Positions 33,221 to 42,207 of a DNA stretch of 58,083 nt are shown one piece after another. This stretch comes from a virus, in IMG/VR virus record IMGVR_UViG_3300045988_084814; one strand, written 5' to 3'. Each line of letters begins with the position of its first letter. Within the stretch, counting starts at the first letter, position 1. Below the pieces are notes generated by a model, which was given only the letters and a program-made list of their open reading frames with translations, did no database searches and had not been told where the DNA came from. Position numbers and translations under genes: made by a program.

Positions 33221-33246
33221 GGCGGATTTAATATCCGTCTTTTTTG
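33221..33246 (+). terminator. Rho-independent terminator closing the moron cassette
   Basis: Stem GGCGGAT/ATCCGTC followed by TTTTTT. Confidence 0.65.
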
Positions 33247-33287
33247 ATGCAAAAAATCATTAACCTTAAAAAGTTAGAGGTAGAATT

Positions 33288-33740
33288 ATGGCAGGATTTG
33301 TAAAAGGTAAAGGTCTTGTTTCCATTGCTACAGGATATAGCGGTGGAAATTACGAATATACAAAAATAGACCAATTCATAGCGGCAGATAATTTGAGTAT
33401 CACCGCTGACAGGGCACAGGACTTGGATAGTTATGTCAATGCAAACGGTCATTTAAAAAGAAATGTTTTAAAGCATATGCGTGACGGCATATCTTTTTCA
33501 ACGGTCTATATGGAGTATGACAAAAAAGAAAAATTTATGTCAATTATTCGCAAAGGTATGAAACAGCATGGATGTATTGAACCGCCCGAAAAAAAAGTGC
33601 GTGTCAGATATTTTAACGAATGGACAAATGACTACGAAGCAGGTTTCTTTTACATTCCCGATGTTGAATGGAAGTACGGTGGAACATATAAGGGAACGCC
33701 TAACTATTTACCAACAACATTTGAATTTATCGAGTATTAG
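33288..33740 (+). CDS. Putative distal tail protein
   Basis: Call is positional (first tail-tip gene after the tape measure). 150 aa. Confidence 0.4.
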   Translation: MAGFVKGKGLVSIATGYSGGNYEYTKIDQFIAADNLSITADRAQDLDSYVNANGHLKRNVLKHMRDGISFSTVYMEYDKKEKFMSIIRKGMKQHGCIEPPEKKVRVRYFNEWTNDYEAGFFYIPDVEWKYGGTYKGTPNYLPTTFEFIEY

Positions 33741-33752
33741 CGAGGTGATAAA

Positions 33753-36335
33753 ATGCTTAATCTGACAGATAGTCAAAAAGAGAGTTTTTATAAAAGCGGT
33801 GCGTACTTTAATGACTATGAATTTAATTTTCCCGATTTGAATTTTACAATAACAAATGAGACATTACATCAAGAGTCAGTAACTATTAAAGAAAGCATAT
33901 GTGACAGTGAAGATTTACAGTTAGGCGGTTGTATTGCATCCTCATGTGAATTTGAGGTATCGGAACTTGAAAACAATCAGCTTGCAGGATTGGAGTTTAC
34001 AGCAAAATTACTTGTAAATGATGGCAAAGATGCAGTTGTACAAATGGGAAAATATCGTGTTGATAGTGCAAAGCGTGTGAATGATAAAGACTATAGAAAA
34101 ATTGTTGCTTATGATGCTTTATATGATGCACAAATAGATGTTTCCGACTGGTATAACAAAGTTTTCTATGTAGTATCTGAATATGAAGAAGTAGTTGCAG
34201 TTGGAGATATTGATGATTTATGGGAACACGGAGACTATTATATTGATAATTCGGGAAGTAAACCGCCTTGGATAGCGTTTTTTGCGAATGGTGCAGTGCC
34301 CGAAGAATGTCAAGATACAACATATCTTGATACATCAACAGGAAAATTATACGAAGCACAAAATACAAGTAAAGACGAAGATAACGAATTATATCGTTGG
34401 GTTGAAGTGTATCAATGTAAAAGGAAAACAACCACGAAGCGTATTTATGCAAAAACAACGTTAAAAAAACTAAGAGAAAGTCTTTTAAATCACTTGAACA
34501 TTTCTTTTATAGAACAGGATTTAATAAATGATGATGTAACTATCGAGAGGACATTTGACACTAGCGATACTGGTGAAATCATCGGCACAGATATACTAAA
34601 ATACATTTGTGAATTAAATGCTGGATTTGGAAAAATAAATCGTGATGGAAAATTTGAAGTAGTTCAATTGACAAGTGCGGGGTTATATCCCGAAGAAACA
34701 TTGTACCCATCTGAGGATTTATACCCCGAAGAAAGCAATTATGAGCTTTTAAGTGCAGAAGAAAACGAAGCTAATTATATTTCTGTAGCTTATGAAGAAT
34801 ATGAAACAGAAGCTATTATGGGCGTTATAGTAAAAAGCAATAGTGATAATGTTGGTCAAGTTGTAGGAACAAAAGATAATGCTTATATGCTTACTGGAAA
34901 TCCTTTGATATACAATAAGACCTCAGAAGATTTAACAAAAATCGGACAAAATATATTTGCAAAAATAAAAGAAATTACATACAGACCAAACACAACAACT
35001 TTAGAGGGGTTGCCGTACTTAGAAACAGGCGATTATTATATTCTGACAAAAAACAATGACGATGTAGTTTCACCTATATTTACAAGGACATTGGCAGGAG
35101 TACAAGCGTTAAAAGATACTTTTGAAAGCAAAGGAAATAAGCTCAGAATAAACGAAGATACGCAAACCTCAGAAATTATGAGTTTGCAATCAAAAACAAT
35201 GAAAATTCAAAAAGGTGTTGACGGACTGTTGATAGAGGTTACAGACCTTGACGAAAATACAAGTTCAAGATTTGAACAGACAGCAAGCAAAATTGAAGCT
35301 GAGGTAAAAAGAGCAAGCAACGCTGAGGGAGAACTTTCGGGCAGGATAACTGTTACTGCCGACCAAATAACGCAGGAAGTAACAAGAGCAAAAGCCGAAG
35401 AAGCAACTTTAAGTGGCAGAATTACCGTTACTGCTGGTGAAATAACACAGGAAGTATCAAGAGCGACAAGCGAAGAAAACACATTGCGTGCTTCAATTTC
35501 CTTAAAAATAGATAAAGACGATGACGGTCAAATTATATCTATGATAAACGAAAGTGCAGACGTAATCACTTTAAACTCTAATAGATTGATAGTAAATAGC
35601 ACCAATTTTACTTTAGATAGAAATGGTGCAGGTTCAATAGGTGGATGGCAGTTTACAAACGACTGTATATATTCAAAAACAAATGCCACATTTGCTAGTT
35701 CGGGTACAAATTATTTTCTTGGAGGATGGCCTTATAAGATAGCCATGTGGCAAGGGAAACTTATTTGTGGAATACAAGTAGGGAGTGAATTTACCTCGGG
35801 ACCACCGGTTACTAATAGTGGATATTGTGATTTATCTGTTGCTGGATTTTATTCTAAAGACCATAAACAATCTAACGGATATTTATTTGCGGTAGATGTT
35901 TTAAACAGTTCAGTAACAACGAACACAGGAGCATTTACAGCCTCAGACAGACGATTAAAAACAAACATCAATGAAATAGATGAACAGTACGCAAACGACC
36001 TTATAGACGGCTTAAAACCGTCAACATATAGAATGATAGACGGCAAACGAACTCATAGCGGATTTATAGCGGATGAAGTTAAACGGACGGCTGAAAAAGT
36101 CTTAGGAACAGCCGAAAATTTTGCCGCATATGCAACAGTAAAGATAGATGAAGATAAACAGGAATATGCCGCTTTGAGATATGAGGAATTTATAGCACCT
36201 CTTACAAAATATTGTCAGTGTTTAAAGCGAGATTTGAAACAGGAAATAGAAAGAAATCAGCAGTTACAATTTCAACTTTTAAATTTACAAGGTGAATTTA
36301 TGATATTAAAACAACAGATTTTAGGAGGAAAATAA
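33753..36335 (+). CDS. Tail-associated/fibre protein with a C-terminal intramolecular chaperone (peptidase S74) domain
   Basis: 860 aa. The SDRRLKTNI motif followed by GLKPSTYRM...SGFIADEV is typical of S74 auto-cleaving chaperone domains. Internal SGRITVTA..EITQEV repeats. Confidence 0.7.
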   Translation: MLNLTDSQKESFYKSGAYFNDYEFNFPDLNFTITNETLHQESVTIKESICDSEDLQLGGCIASSCEFEVSELENNQLAGLEFTAKLLVNDGKDAVVQMGKYRVDSAKRVNDKDYRKIVAYDALYDAQIDVSDWYNKVFYVVSEYEEVVAVGDIDDLWEHGDYYIDNSGSKPPWIAFFANGAVPEECQDTTYLDTSTGKLYEAQNTSKDEDNELYRWVEVYQCKRKTTTKRIYAKTTLKKLRESLLNHLNISFIEQDLINDDVTIERTFDTSDTGEIIGTDILKYICELNAGFGKINRDGKFEVVQLTSAGLYPEETLYPSEDLYPEESNYELLSAEENEANYISVAYEEYETEAIMGVIVKSNSDNVGQVVGTKDNAYMLTGNPLIYNKTSEDLTKIGQNIFAKIKEITYRPNTTTLEGLPYLETGDYYILTKNNDDVVSPIFTRTLAGVQALKDTFESKGNKLRINEDTQTSEIMSLQSKTMKIQKGVDGLLIEVTDLDENTSSRFEQTASKIEAEVKRASNAEGELSGRITVTADQITQEVTRAKAEEATLSGRITVTAGEITQEVSRATSEENTLRASISLKIDKDDDGQIISMINESADVITLNSNRLIVNSTNFTLDRNGAGSIGGWQFTNDCIYSKTNATFASSGTNYFLGGWPYKIAMWQGKLICGIQVGSEFTSGPPVTNSGYCDLSVAGFYSKDHKQSNGYLFAVDVLNSSVTTNTGAFTASDRRLKTNINEIDEQYANDLIDGLKPSTYRMIDGKRTHSGFIADEVKRTAEKVLGTAENFAAYATVKIDEDKQEYAALRYEEFIAPLTKYCQCLKRDLKQEIERNQQLQFQLLNLQGEFMILKQQILGGK

Positions 36336-36336
36336 A

Positions 36337-36582
36337 ATGGTAAGATTAAACAAACAAACTACAGTAACAGGGGCATGTGTATTAACAGTTGACGGTAAAG
36401 AAGAACAGGTGGCGTACATGAACGCTTCAATTCCAGTCGGCGGTGCACCTAATATCAGTCGTGCTATTCAGAATGTAGAGTTATTCAACGCAAACAAAGA
36501 GGAAGTATTGAAAGACTTTGCGGCATTCGACAATTATGCATATAGCCTTATGGAAACAGAGGAAACAAAAACAGCAGAATAA
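36337..36582 (+). CDS. Hypothetical tail-module protein
   Basis: 81 aa with SD AGGAGG. Confidence 0.5.
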   Translation: MVRLNKQTTVTGACVLTVDGKEEQVAYMNASIPVGGAPNISRAIQNVELFNANKEEVLKDFAAFDNYAYSLMETEETKTAE

Positions 36583-36595
36583 GAGGTGACGCACG

Positions 36596-37474
36596 ATGGC
36601 AGTAATAAAGGTTTACAGTCGAATAAATTGGCTTAATAAGCCGGAAAGTCTGACAACACCGCTTGGTAAAACAAACTTAAATAAGATGGATAAAGCAATC
36701 AATCTTATTGACGATGAAGTAGTATCAATGTCAGCTAAAATTGATGAAATCGACACTACAAAAGTAAGTGCAGACCAGCTTAATAACATGGTAACTGATG
36801 TATCTTTTAATGATAAAAATGGTGTTATCAGTATAACGAAGCATAATGGTACAGTATTGAACATTGATACCGCAATGGAAAAGATAGCCGTAAACTTTGA
36901 GTATAACGCACAGACACAACAACTTATACTTACACTTGAAAACGGTGAAAAGCAATACATTGATATGTCGGCTTTGATTACTCAGTATGAGTTTAAAGGC
37001 ACTGATACGATAGCTTTTAGCGTTAATAGCGATGGAAAAGTGAGTGCGTCTATTAAAAGCGGCAGTATTACAAAAGCTATGCTGTCAAGTGAAGTTATGG
37101 CATCTATAACACTGTCAGAGAACAATGCGGCGGCATCAGCACAGGCGGCGGCTCAGTCGGCTACAAATGCTGAGTTAGACGCTAAGTTATCTCAGTCTTA
37201 CAGCGTTGGTAAAAGTGGCATCCGTGATGGGGAAGATACTGACAATGCAAAGTATTATTCAGAAAAAGCAGAAACAGTAGGTGCAAATGTGCCATCATAT
37301 TTAAAACAAATTGAAGATGCCGGAAACAGTCAAATAGACAAGATAAATGATGCATTTGGTAAAACAGAAGCCGCTTTTAAAGTAAACTTTGAAACAGGGC
37401 ATCTTGAATACACAGGAGCAAGATTTACTTTTCAAGTGGCAGATAACGGACATTTAAACTGGGAGGTAAATTAA
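36596..37474 (+). CDS. Tail fibre protein
   Basis: 292 aa. Fibre-like N-terminus (LNKMDKAINLIDDEV) and an Ala-rich coiled segment (AAASAQAAAQSATNAE). Confidence 0.55.
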   Translation: MAVIKVYSRINWLNKPESLTTPLGKTNLNKMDKAINLIDDEVVSMSAKIDEIDTTKVSADQLNNMVTDVSFNDKNGVISITKHNGTVLNIDTAMEKIAVNFEYNAQTQQLILTLENGEKQYIDMSALITQYEFKGTDTIAFSVNSDGKVSASIKSGSITKAMLSSEVMASITLSENNAAASAQAAAQSATNAELDAKLSQSYSVGKSGIRDGEDTDNAKYYSEKAETVGANVPSYLKQIEDAGNSQIDKINDAFGKTEAAFKVNFETGHLEYTGARFTFQVADNGHLNWEVN

Positions 37475-37476
37475 AT

Positions 37477-38592
37477 ATGGCAGACGCAGGAAGAATAGTA
37501 ATAATACCTAAGGGTGAGTATAAAAGTAATATAACATACGAAAGGTTAGATGCAGTTGAATACAATAACAACGGCTACATAGCTTTAAAAACAGTAACAG
37601 GCATAACGCCTACAAACGATGGGACGAACTGGGCTTTGTATGTTAAAGGAACGCAAGTTGACACTTCATTGTCGGCTACATCGTCTAATCCTGTTGCAAA
37701 CAAAGTGGTAGCAAAAGCTGTAAATGATATAGAAAAAGAAATTGGTATATTATCTCAAACCGTCACCCATAATATGCCCCGAATAGTTCCAAAAGACATT
37801 ACATTATATATCACAGACGGAACATTCTATCAAAGATTAAACGGTACAGACGGTTTTGATTTATTTGAGGACATTTATGCAGGCGATTATATAAAAATGT
37901 CAAGACCTATCACATGCCCGAATCAAGACAGCTCGACGGCTACGACAGGGTCGCAATATGTAACAATCATCGGTTTAGATGCCTTACAAGGCAATGGAGA
38001 TAACATAGATATGAATTATCACCATGCAGTTATGACAGCAGGGCAGGGATTTAGTGGTGTACAGCATTTTGGTAAACATAGAATGAACAGTACAAATACA
38101 ACGGTAGGTGGATATGTAGGCTCTAAGATGAATACAAGTATATTAGGAGCAGTTACTTCGAGCGGTTCTACTGCTAGTGATGCTACTATAAATCAACAAT
38201 TGTACGCCGAATTTGGTTCACACTTAAAAACCACGAGAGAATTATGTAGCAATGGCGTAAATGAAAGCGGTTATAATAGATTTGGTAGCAACACTGGTTG
38301 TTCTAACAGCTGGGCTTGGGGCAATTTTCAAGCTATTTTAATGAGCGAAATTGAAGTCTACGGGTCTACAGTTTGGAGTTCTAGTGGATATGATACAGGA
38401 AACGCAAAAATGCATATGCCGTTGTTTACTCACAACAGACAAGCTATGAACAATAGAAGTAGCTGGTACTGGCTAAAGGATATGGCCACGGGTGTTTATG
38501 TTTGCAATTGTGACAATACTGGCCGTGCGGACTACAGCGGTGCGAGCAATGTTCGGGGCTCTGTGCGTCCTCGCTTTGTAATCGGAGCGTAG
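37477..38592 (+). CDS. Putative receptor-binding tail protein
   Basis: Call is positional. 371 aa with SD GGGAGGT. Confidence 0.45.
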   Translation: MADAGRIVIIPKGEYKSNITYERLDAVEYNNNGYIALKTVTGITPTNDGTNWALYVKGTQVDTSLSATSSNPVANKVVAKAVNDIEKEIGILSQTVTHNMPRIVPKDITLYITDGTFYQRLNGTDGFDLFEDIYAGDYIKMSRPITCPNQDSSTATTGSQYVTIIGLDALQGNGDNIDMNYHHAVMTAGQGFSGVQHFGKHRMNSTNTTVGGYVGSKMNTSILGAVTSSGSTASDATINQQLYAEFGSHLKTTRELCSNGVNESGYNRFGSNTGCSNSWAWGNFQAILMSEIEVYGSTVWSSSGYDTGNAKMHMPLFTHNRQAMNNRSSWYWLKDMATGVYVCNCDNTGRADYSGASNVRGSVRPRFVIGA

Positions 38593-38602
38593 CGAATCCG
38601 AA

Positions 38603-38627
38603 ATCCCCGCCCCTTGTGGGCGGGGAT
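38603..38627 (+). terminator. GC-rich 10-bp hairpin after the last tail gene
   Basis: Stem ATCCCCGCCC/GGGCGGGGAT with loop CTTGT. No clean T-run follows. Confidence 0.4.
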
Positions 38628-38700
38628 GTAGGTACAAAATTTTACGAAAGAGAGAAAAAAATATGGCAGTATTGAAGAACTTTAAAACGGAGGTAAGATA

Positions 38701-39066
38701 ATGGACTATACAACAATAAACACTTCGGAAAATGGCATGGACGAAGAAACCGAAATGCAGTACCGTGAAATGATGAGAAAGCAAGAAAAACAAAATAAGT
38801 TGGAAAGTGAACTCAGATGTTTACACTCTGATTTACAGCAGAACACCTCAGAGTGTGGTGACTGGCGTATGGCGAAAGCTATAGAGAAGTTGCTTATTGC
38901 ATTACAGGACTGCGAAACCGAAGAAATCGGTGTTTGTATCAAGAACTGGGCAACGGAAACATATATGAATATCGGAAGTCAAATTAACGATAGGATATAC
39001 AAGAGGGACAGGGTAAATGAGATTGAAGAAGAACTAAAGGTTTTGTCGAATAATAGCATATTTTAG
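38701..39066 (+). CDS. Hypothetical protein
   Basis: 121 aa with SD ACGGAGGT. Confidence 0.5.
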   Translation: MDYTTINTSENGMDEETEMQYREMMRKQEKQNKLESELRCLHSDLQQNTSECGDWRMAKAIEKLLIALQDCETEEIGVCIKNWATETYMNIGSQINDRIYKRDRVNEIEEELKVLSNNSIF

Positions 39067-39161
39067 CACATTAAAGTGTCTGACAACTATTTAAAATGCA
39101 ATCAAAAAGTCTTATAATAAGAATGTCGATAAACACATCGGCATATCAAGTTTCGGCTTAT

Positions 39162-39198
39162 GGGCGGTGTAATTGGCGTTGCACTGCCCTGTTTTTTT
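39162..39198 (+). terminator. Rho-independent terminator at the end of the late operon
   Basis: Stem GGGCGGTG/CACTGCCC followed by TGTTTTTTT. Confidence 0.7.
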
Positions 39199-39205
39199 GA
39201 GGGGA

Positions 39206-39234
39206 TTGACATAGTAGAACAGTTGTTCTATAAT
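39206..39234 (+). promoter_or_regulatory. Consensus promoter overlapped by a LexA (Cheo) box
   Basis: TTGACA, 17-nt spacer, TATAAT. The spacer carries GAACAGTTGTTC (39217-39228), which fits GAAC-N4-GTTC. Confidence 0.65.
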
Positions 39235-39255
39235 GTGTCACATAGGAGGGTTAAA

Positions 39256-39381
39256 TTGAGTAAAGAAGAACTAAAACGAGAAATTGTGGAACTTGTAGAC
39301 CAAATTGACAACGAAAAGATTTTAAAACTTATAGCAGGCTTTGTAAAAAGTGGCTATAAAGAGGAACAGGCAGGGAAATAA
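39256..39381 (+). CDS. Small protein (41 aa) expressed from the LexA-box promoter; candidate SOS-controlled antirepressor
   Basis: TTG start 5 nt after GGAGGG. Helical sequence SKEELKREIVELVDQIDNEKILKLIAGFVKSGYKEEQAGK. Confidence 0.35.
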   Translation: MSKEELKREIVELVDQIDNEKILKLIAGFVKSGYKEEQAGK

Positions 39382-39397
39382 AACCCTGCCCTTTTTT
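39369..39397 (+). terminator. Terminator between convergent genes
   Basis: Stem GGCAGGG/CCCTGCC followed by CTTTTTT. Confidence 0.65.
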
Positions 39398-39411
39398 GTT
39401 TGACAAACTTT

Positions 39412-39786
39412 TTAATCAATAAACTTTTCAAAAAAATCACATAACACTTCTTTTTTATCTGTTGGCAACTTATCATACTTTATAATGAATTTCTTAAATC
39501 TTTCATCATGCAATCCTATTTTCATCACAATATCTGAATATTCATCGTCGGTATCTTCAAATTGCTTTTCTTCTATCAAGTCGGTCATTCCTATATTGAA
39601 GTAATCAGCAATCTTTCTAAGTTTTCCAGTACTAGGAAGTGAATTGCCTTTACACCACATATTTAATGTTGTGGGCTTTTCATTCAAGTCTTTTGCAACA
39701 TCTATCTGTTGTTTCTGATTTAAAGCTATATATTTGTTTAAGTTTTTGGCAAATATACGCTTTGTTTCTTCCCTATCATCTGTCAT
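39412..39786 (-). CDS. CI-like repressor (XRE-family HTH, no peptidase S24 domain)
   Basis: HTH segment QKQQIDVAKDLNEKPTTLNMWCKGNSLPSTGKLRKIADYFN. 124 aa. Divergent from the Cro-like gene. Confidence 0.75.
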   Translation of the reverse strand: MTDDREETKRIFAKNLNKYIALNQKQQIDVAKDLNEKPTTLNMWCKGNSLPSTGKLRKIADYFNIGMTDLIEEKQFEDTDDEYSDIVMKIGLHDERFKKFIIKYDKLPTDKKEVLCDFFEKFID

Positions 39787-39808
39787 AGCTATCCTCCTTT
39801 CATTTTGT

Positions 39809-39837
39809 ATTATATATCAAAATTAAAAAAAATTCAA
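39809..39837 (-). promoter_or_regulatory. Promoter of the CI-like gene
   Basis: On the minus strand: TTGAAT, 17-nt spacer, TATAAT. Confidence 0.55.
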
Positions 39838-39843
39838 TATAAA

Positions 39844-39860
39844 ATCCAATTATTTTGAAT
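39844..39860. promoter_or_regulatory. Operator O2 (7-3-7 palindrome, 2 mismatches)
   Basis: ATCCAAT-tat-TTTGAAT. Confidence 0.45.
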
Positions 39861-39867
39861 TTTAGTC

Positions 39868-39896
39868 TTGACAATTCAATGCGATTGAATTATAGT
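39868..39896 (+). promoter_or_regulatory. Early rightward promoter with operator O1 in its spacer
   Basis: TTGACA, 17-nt spacer, TATAGT. The spacer is the perfect palindrome ATTCAAT-gcg-ATTGAAT (39874-39890). Confidence 0.7.
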
Positions 39897-39927
39897 TGTA
39901 TTATCAAATCAAGAAAGGAGTGGTTAG

Positions 39928-40131
39928 ATGCCGAAGATTTCTCTTGAAGCAGTAAGAGTAAATGCAAAAATGACACAGAAAAACTGGGCTAAATTGCTTG
40001 GTGTTTCGGTAGCAACAGTGATTAACTGGGAAAAAGGGAATACTGAGCCGAGCTTATCTCATTTGAAAGAAATGAGCCGTTTATCAGGCATTCCGATGGA
40101 TTTTATTTTTGTACCCGATAAATCCAATTAA
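39928..40131 (+). CDS. Cro-like XRE-family HTH regulator
   Basis: HTH segment MTQKNWAKLLGVSVATVINWEKGNTEP. 67 aa with SD AAAGGAG. Confidence 0.75.
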   Translation: MPKISLEAVRVNAKMTQKNWAKLLGVSVATVINWEKGNTEPSLSHLKEMSRLSGIPMDFIFVPDKSN

Positions 40132-40162
40132 ATTGAATTTTAAAGGTCGGAAAGGAGATAAA

Positions 40163-40906
40163 ATGAACGATTTAAAAATTTTCAATAATGAAGAGTTTGG
40201 AGAAATCCGAACAGTAGTAGTAAATGAAGAACCAATGTTTTGTTTGACTGATATTTGCAAAGCGTTGGAAATGAGCAACCCGACAATGGTTGCACAGAGA
40301 TTGGATGATGATGAACGCACTAAGTTAGACTTAGGGCGTCAGGGAGAAACAAATTTCATAACAGAAAGCGGTTTATATGCAGTCATATTGAGAAGCGATA
40401 AACCGAATGCAAAGAAGTTTCGTAAGTGGGTAACATCAGAGGTACTTCCATCAATCAGAAAAAACGGCGGTTACATAGCAGGACAGGAAAACATGACGGA
40501 TGACGAACTCATGGCAAAAGCACTTATGGTGGCACAGAATAAGATTGCTGAGAGAGACAAACAGATTGAACGCATGAAACCGAAAGAAATATTTGCTGAC
40601 GCAGTATCGGCTAGTGAAACATCAATCCTTGTCGGAGATTTAGCAAAGCTGATTTCTCAGAACGGTTACAAAATCGGACAAAAGAGGTTGTTTGAATGGT
40701 TAAGAACGAATAACTTCCTTATTAAATGCGGTTCATCAAGAAATATGCCACAGCAGAGATTTGTTGAACAGGGATTGTTTGAAGTCAAAGAAAGCAACAT
40801 TCAGAACCCCGATGGCAGTGTGAGAATAACACGCACAACTAAGGTCACAGGCAAAGGGCAGATTTACTTTGTTAATAAGTTTATGAAAAGTGAGGTAACA
40901 GCATGA
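40163..40906 (+). CDS. Antirepressor (Bro-N domain plus KilAC/ANT C-terminal domain)
   Basis: Motifs present: FGEIRTVVVNEEPMFCLTDICKAL, KFRKWVTSEVLPSIRKNGGY. SD AAAGGAG. Confidence 0.8.
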   Translation: MNDLKIFNNEEFGEIRTVVVNEEPMFCLTDICKALEMSNPTMVAQRLDDDERTKLDLGRQGETNFITESGLYAVILRSDKPNAKKFRKWVTSEVLPSIRKNGGYIAGQENMTDDELMAKALMVAQNKIAERDKQIERMKPKEIFADAVSASETSILVGDLAKLISQNGYKIGQKRLFEWLRTNNFLIKCGSSRNMPQQRFVEQGLFEVKESNIQNPDGSVRITRTTKVTGKGQIYFVNKFMKSEVTA

Positions 40907-41058
40907 CAAGAGAACAGAGAATATCAGAAATCATGGACGAACTTTCATGTTGTCGTGATGTGGCAGAGCAGATGTTCTTAGACGAGATTTGCGACAAATA
41001 TGGAACTGATGATGTGGATGTGGCATTACAGATGTTTTTGGATGACGAGGAAACATAA
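40903..41058 (+). CDS. Small acidic hypothetical protein (51 aa)
   Basis: ATGA start/stop overlap with the upstream gene. SD GAGGTAA. Confidence 0.4.
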   Translation: MTREQRISEIMDELSCCRDVAEQMFLDEICDKYGTDDVDVALQMFLDDEET

Positions 41059-41074
41059 AGAAAGGAGAATAAAA

Positions 41075-41302
41075 ATGGACGATTTTATCGAAAATGCTTT
41101 AAAAAACGAAATGTTGAAAACAACAGATGGAACTATATTTTTTGCAACGTTTTGCCAAAACAGACGAGCCATAGATTGTTTGGCTAATTCTATAAAAGAA
41201 TTGATTGCACAATATGGCTTATCTGCTTCGGAAACTAAAGGGTTTTTAGATTATATGAAGATTGTTATTGATGCTTCTTCATATCTTTCTCCAAAGAAAT
41301 AA
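41075..41302 (+). CDS. Hypothetical protein
   Basis: ATG after AAAGGAG. 75 aa. Confidence 0.5.
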   Translation: MDDFIENALKNEMLKTTDGTIFFATFCQNRRAIDCLANSIKELIAQYGLSASETKGFLDYMKIVIDASSYLSPKK

Positions 41303-41498
41303 CGCGAATGCCACATTCGTCAAAATTAAACATGTCCGATTCGGGTATTTCTTTAGCAGTCTTGAGTATAGATAACACTTTGGCAGAGTGAGGATATTCA
41401 AGACCACAGTTAGGACAAACAATTTTGTTAGTGGATATATCTTCATTTACAGTATATTCACTATGGCAAGTACAAAATATTTGAAACTTTAAAAACAC
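41265..41498 (-). CDS. Zinc-ribbon hypothetical protein
   Basis: GTG start after AGGAGGTG. Contains CTCH...CPNCG. It is the only minus-strand gene in this block. Confidence 0.4.
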   Translation of the reverse strand: MFLKFQIFCTCHSEYTVNEDISTNKIVCPNCGLEYPHSAKVLSILKTAKEIPESDMFNFDECGIRVISLEKDMKKHQ

Positions 41499-41568
41499 AA
41501 CTTCACCTCCTTATTGAATGATAAGGAGATTATACCACAGGGGCAAAAGAATAGAAAGCGAGGTAAAT

Positions 41569-41664
41569 ATGTTCGTAAACCCATTTGTTTTAGGAATTTT
41601 GGCAACTTTATTTGTAGAAATGGCATTACTTATTGTATTGTCATGGTTTTCAAGTAAGAAATAG
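41569..41664 (+). CDS. 31-aa hydrophobic peptide
   Basis: SD GAGGTAA. A single TM-like helix. Confidence 0.25.
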   Translation: MFVNPFVLGILATLFVEMALLIVLSWFSSKK

Positions 41665-41673
41665 GAGTAGACA

Positions 41674-41805
41674 ATGAATAACAAAATAATAAGAGATATA
41701 AAGGAGTTGTCAGTTTTTGAGATAGAGAAATTGGCAAAGGTGCTGAGAATTGAGTTTATTATCAACAATGGCAACGAGATAAAGATTATAAGAAAGGAGA
41801 AATAA
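41674..41805 (+). CDS. 43-aa hypothetical protein
   Basis: SD TAGGAG. Confidence 0.3.
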   Translation: MNNKIIRDIKELSVFEIEKLAKVLRIEFIINNGNEIKIIRKEK

Positions 41806-41808
41806 TAG

Positions 41809-42207
41809 ATGATAGACGCAAGTAGAAGTGTGGAGAAACCGACAGAAAATGTTCCAGTGCCGTTTGATGAATACAATAAACTTTCAAGTATATCGACAAA
41901 AGTTGATATTATAGTTGACTTGATGTGTCATGGAACGCTGATGGCAGAAGATGTTTTGAGGATATTGAAAGTTGACACATCTTTCCCAAAAGGAAAAACA
42001 TTTGAAAGAGATACAGTGGTTTCGGTGTGTATTTATAATAATCTTTTAGATTTAAAAGTGCGTGTAGATGTGCTGTTAGATATGTTAGAAAAGAAAGACT
42101 ATGTATCAACAGACAAGATTTTACGAACACTTGGCACAGAGTTGGCTATCGAGGAAGCAGACAGACAGGAAAAGGAGCTAAATGAAAGATTTAATAATAA
42201 GCAATAA
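41809..42207 (+). CDS. Hypothetical protein
   Basis: 132-aa ORF with SD AAAGGAG. Confidence 0.5.
   Translation: MIDASRSVEKPTENVPVPFDEYNKLSSISTKVDIIVDLMCHGTLMAEDVLRILKVDTSFPKGKTFERDTVVSVCIYNNLLDLKVRVDVLLDMLEKKDYVSTDKILRTLGTELAIEEADRQEKELNERFNNKQ

Noticed and set aside
38603-38627. The hairpin ATCCCCGCCC-CTTGT-GGGCGGGGAT resembles the CCCCGC...GCGGGGAT core of type I-E CRISPR repeats. I considered it as a solitary repeat.
   Set aside because: It is a single copy with a longer stem than I-E repeats and no flanking repeat ends. It sits exactly where a late-operon terminator or stabiliser hairpin is expected. The Cas5-like gene looks I-B-like, not I-E-like.
41511-41876. 121-aa minus-strand hydrophobic ORF.
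   Set aside because: It is low-complexity and lacks a convincing SD. The plus strand here has two short ORFs with good SDs and the start of 41809-42207.
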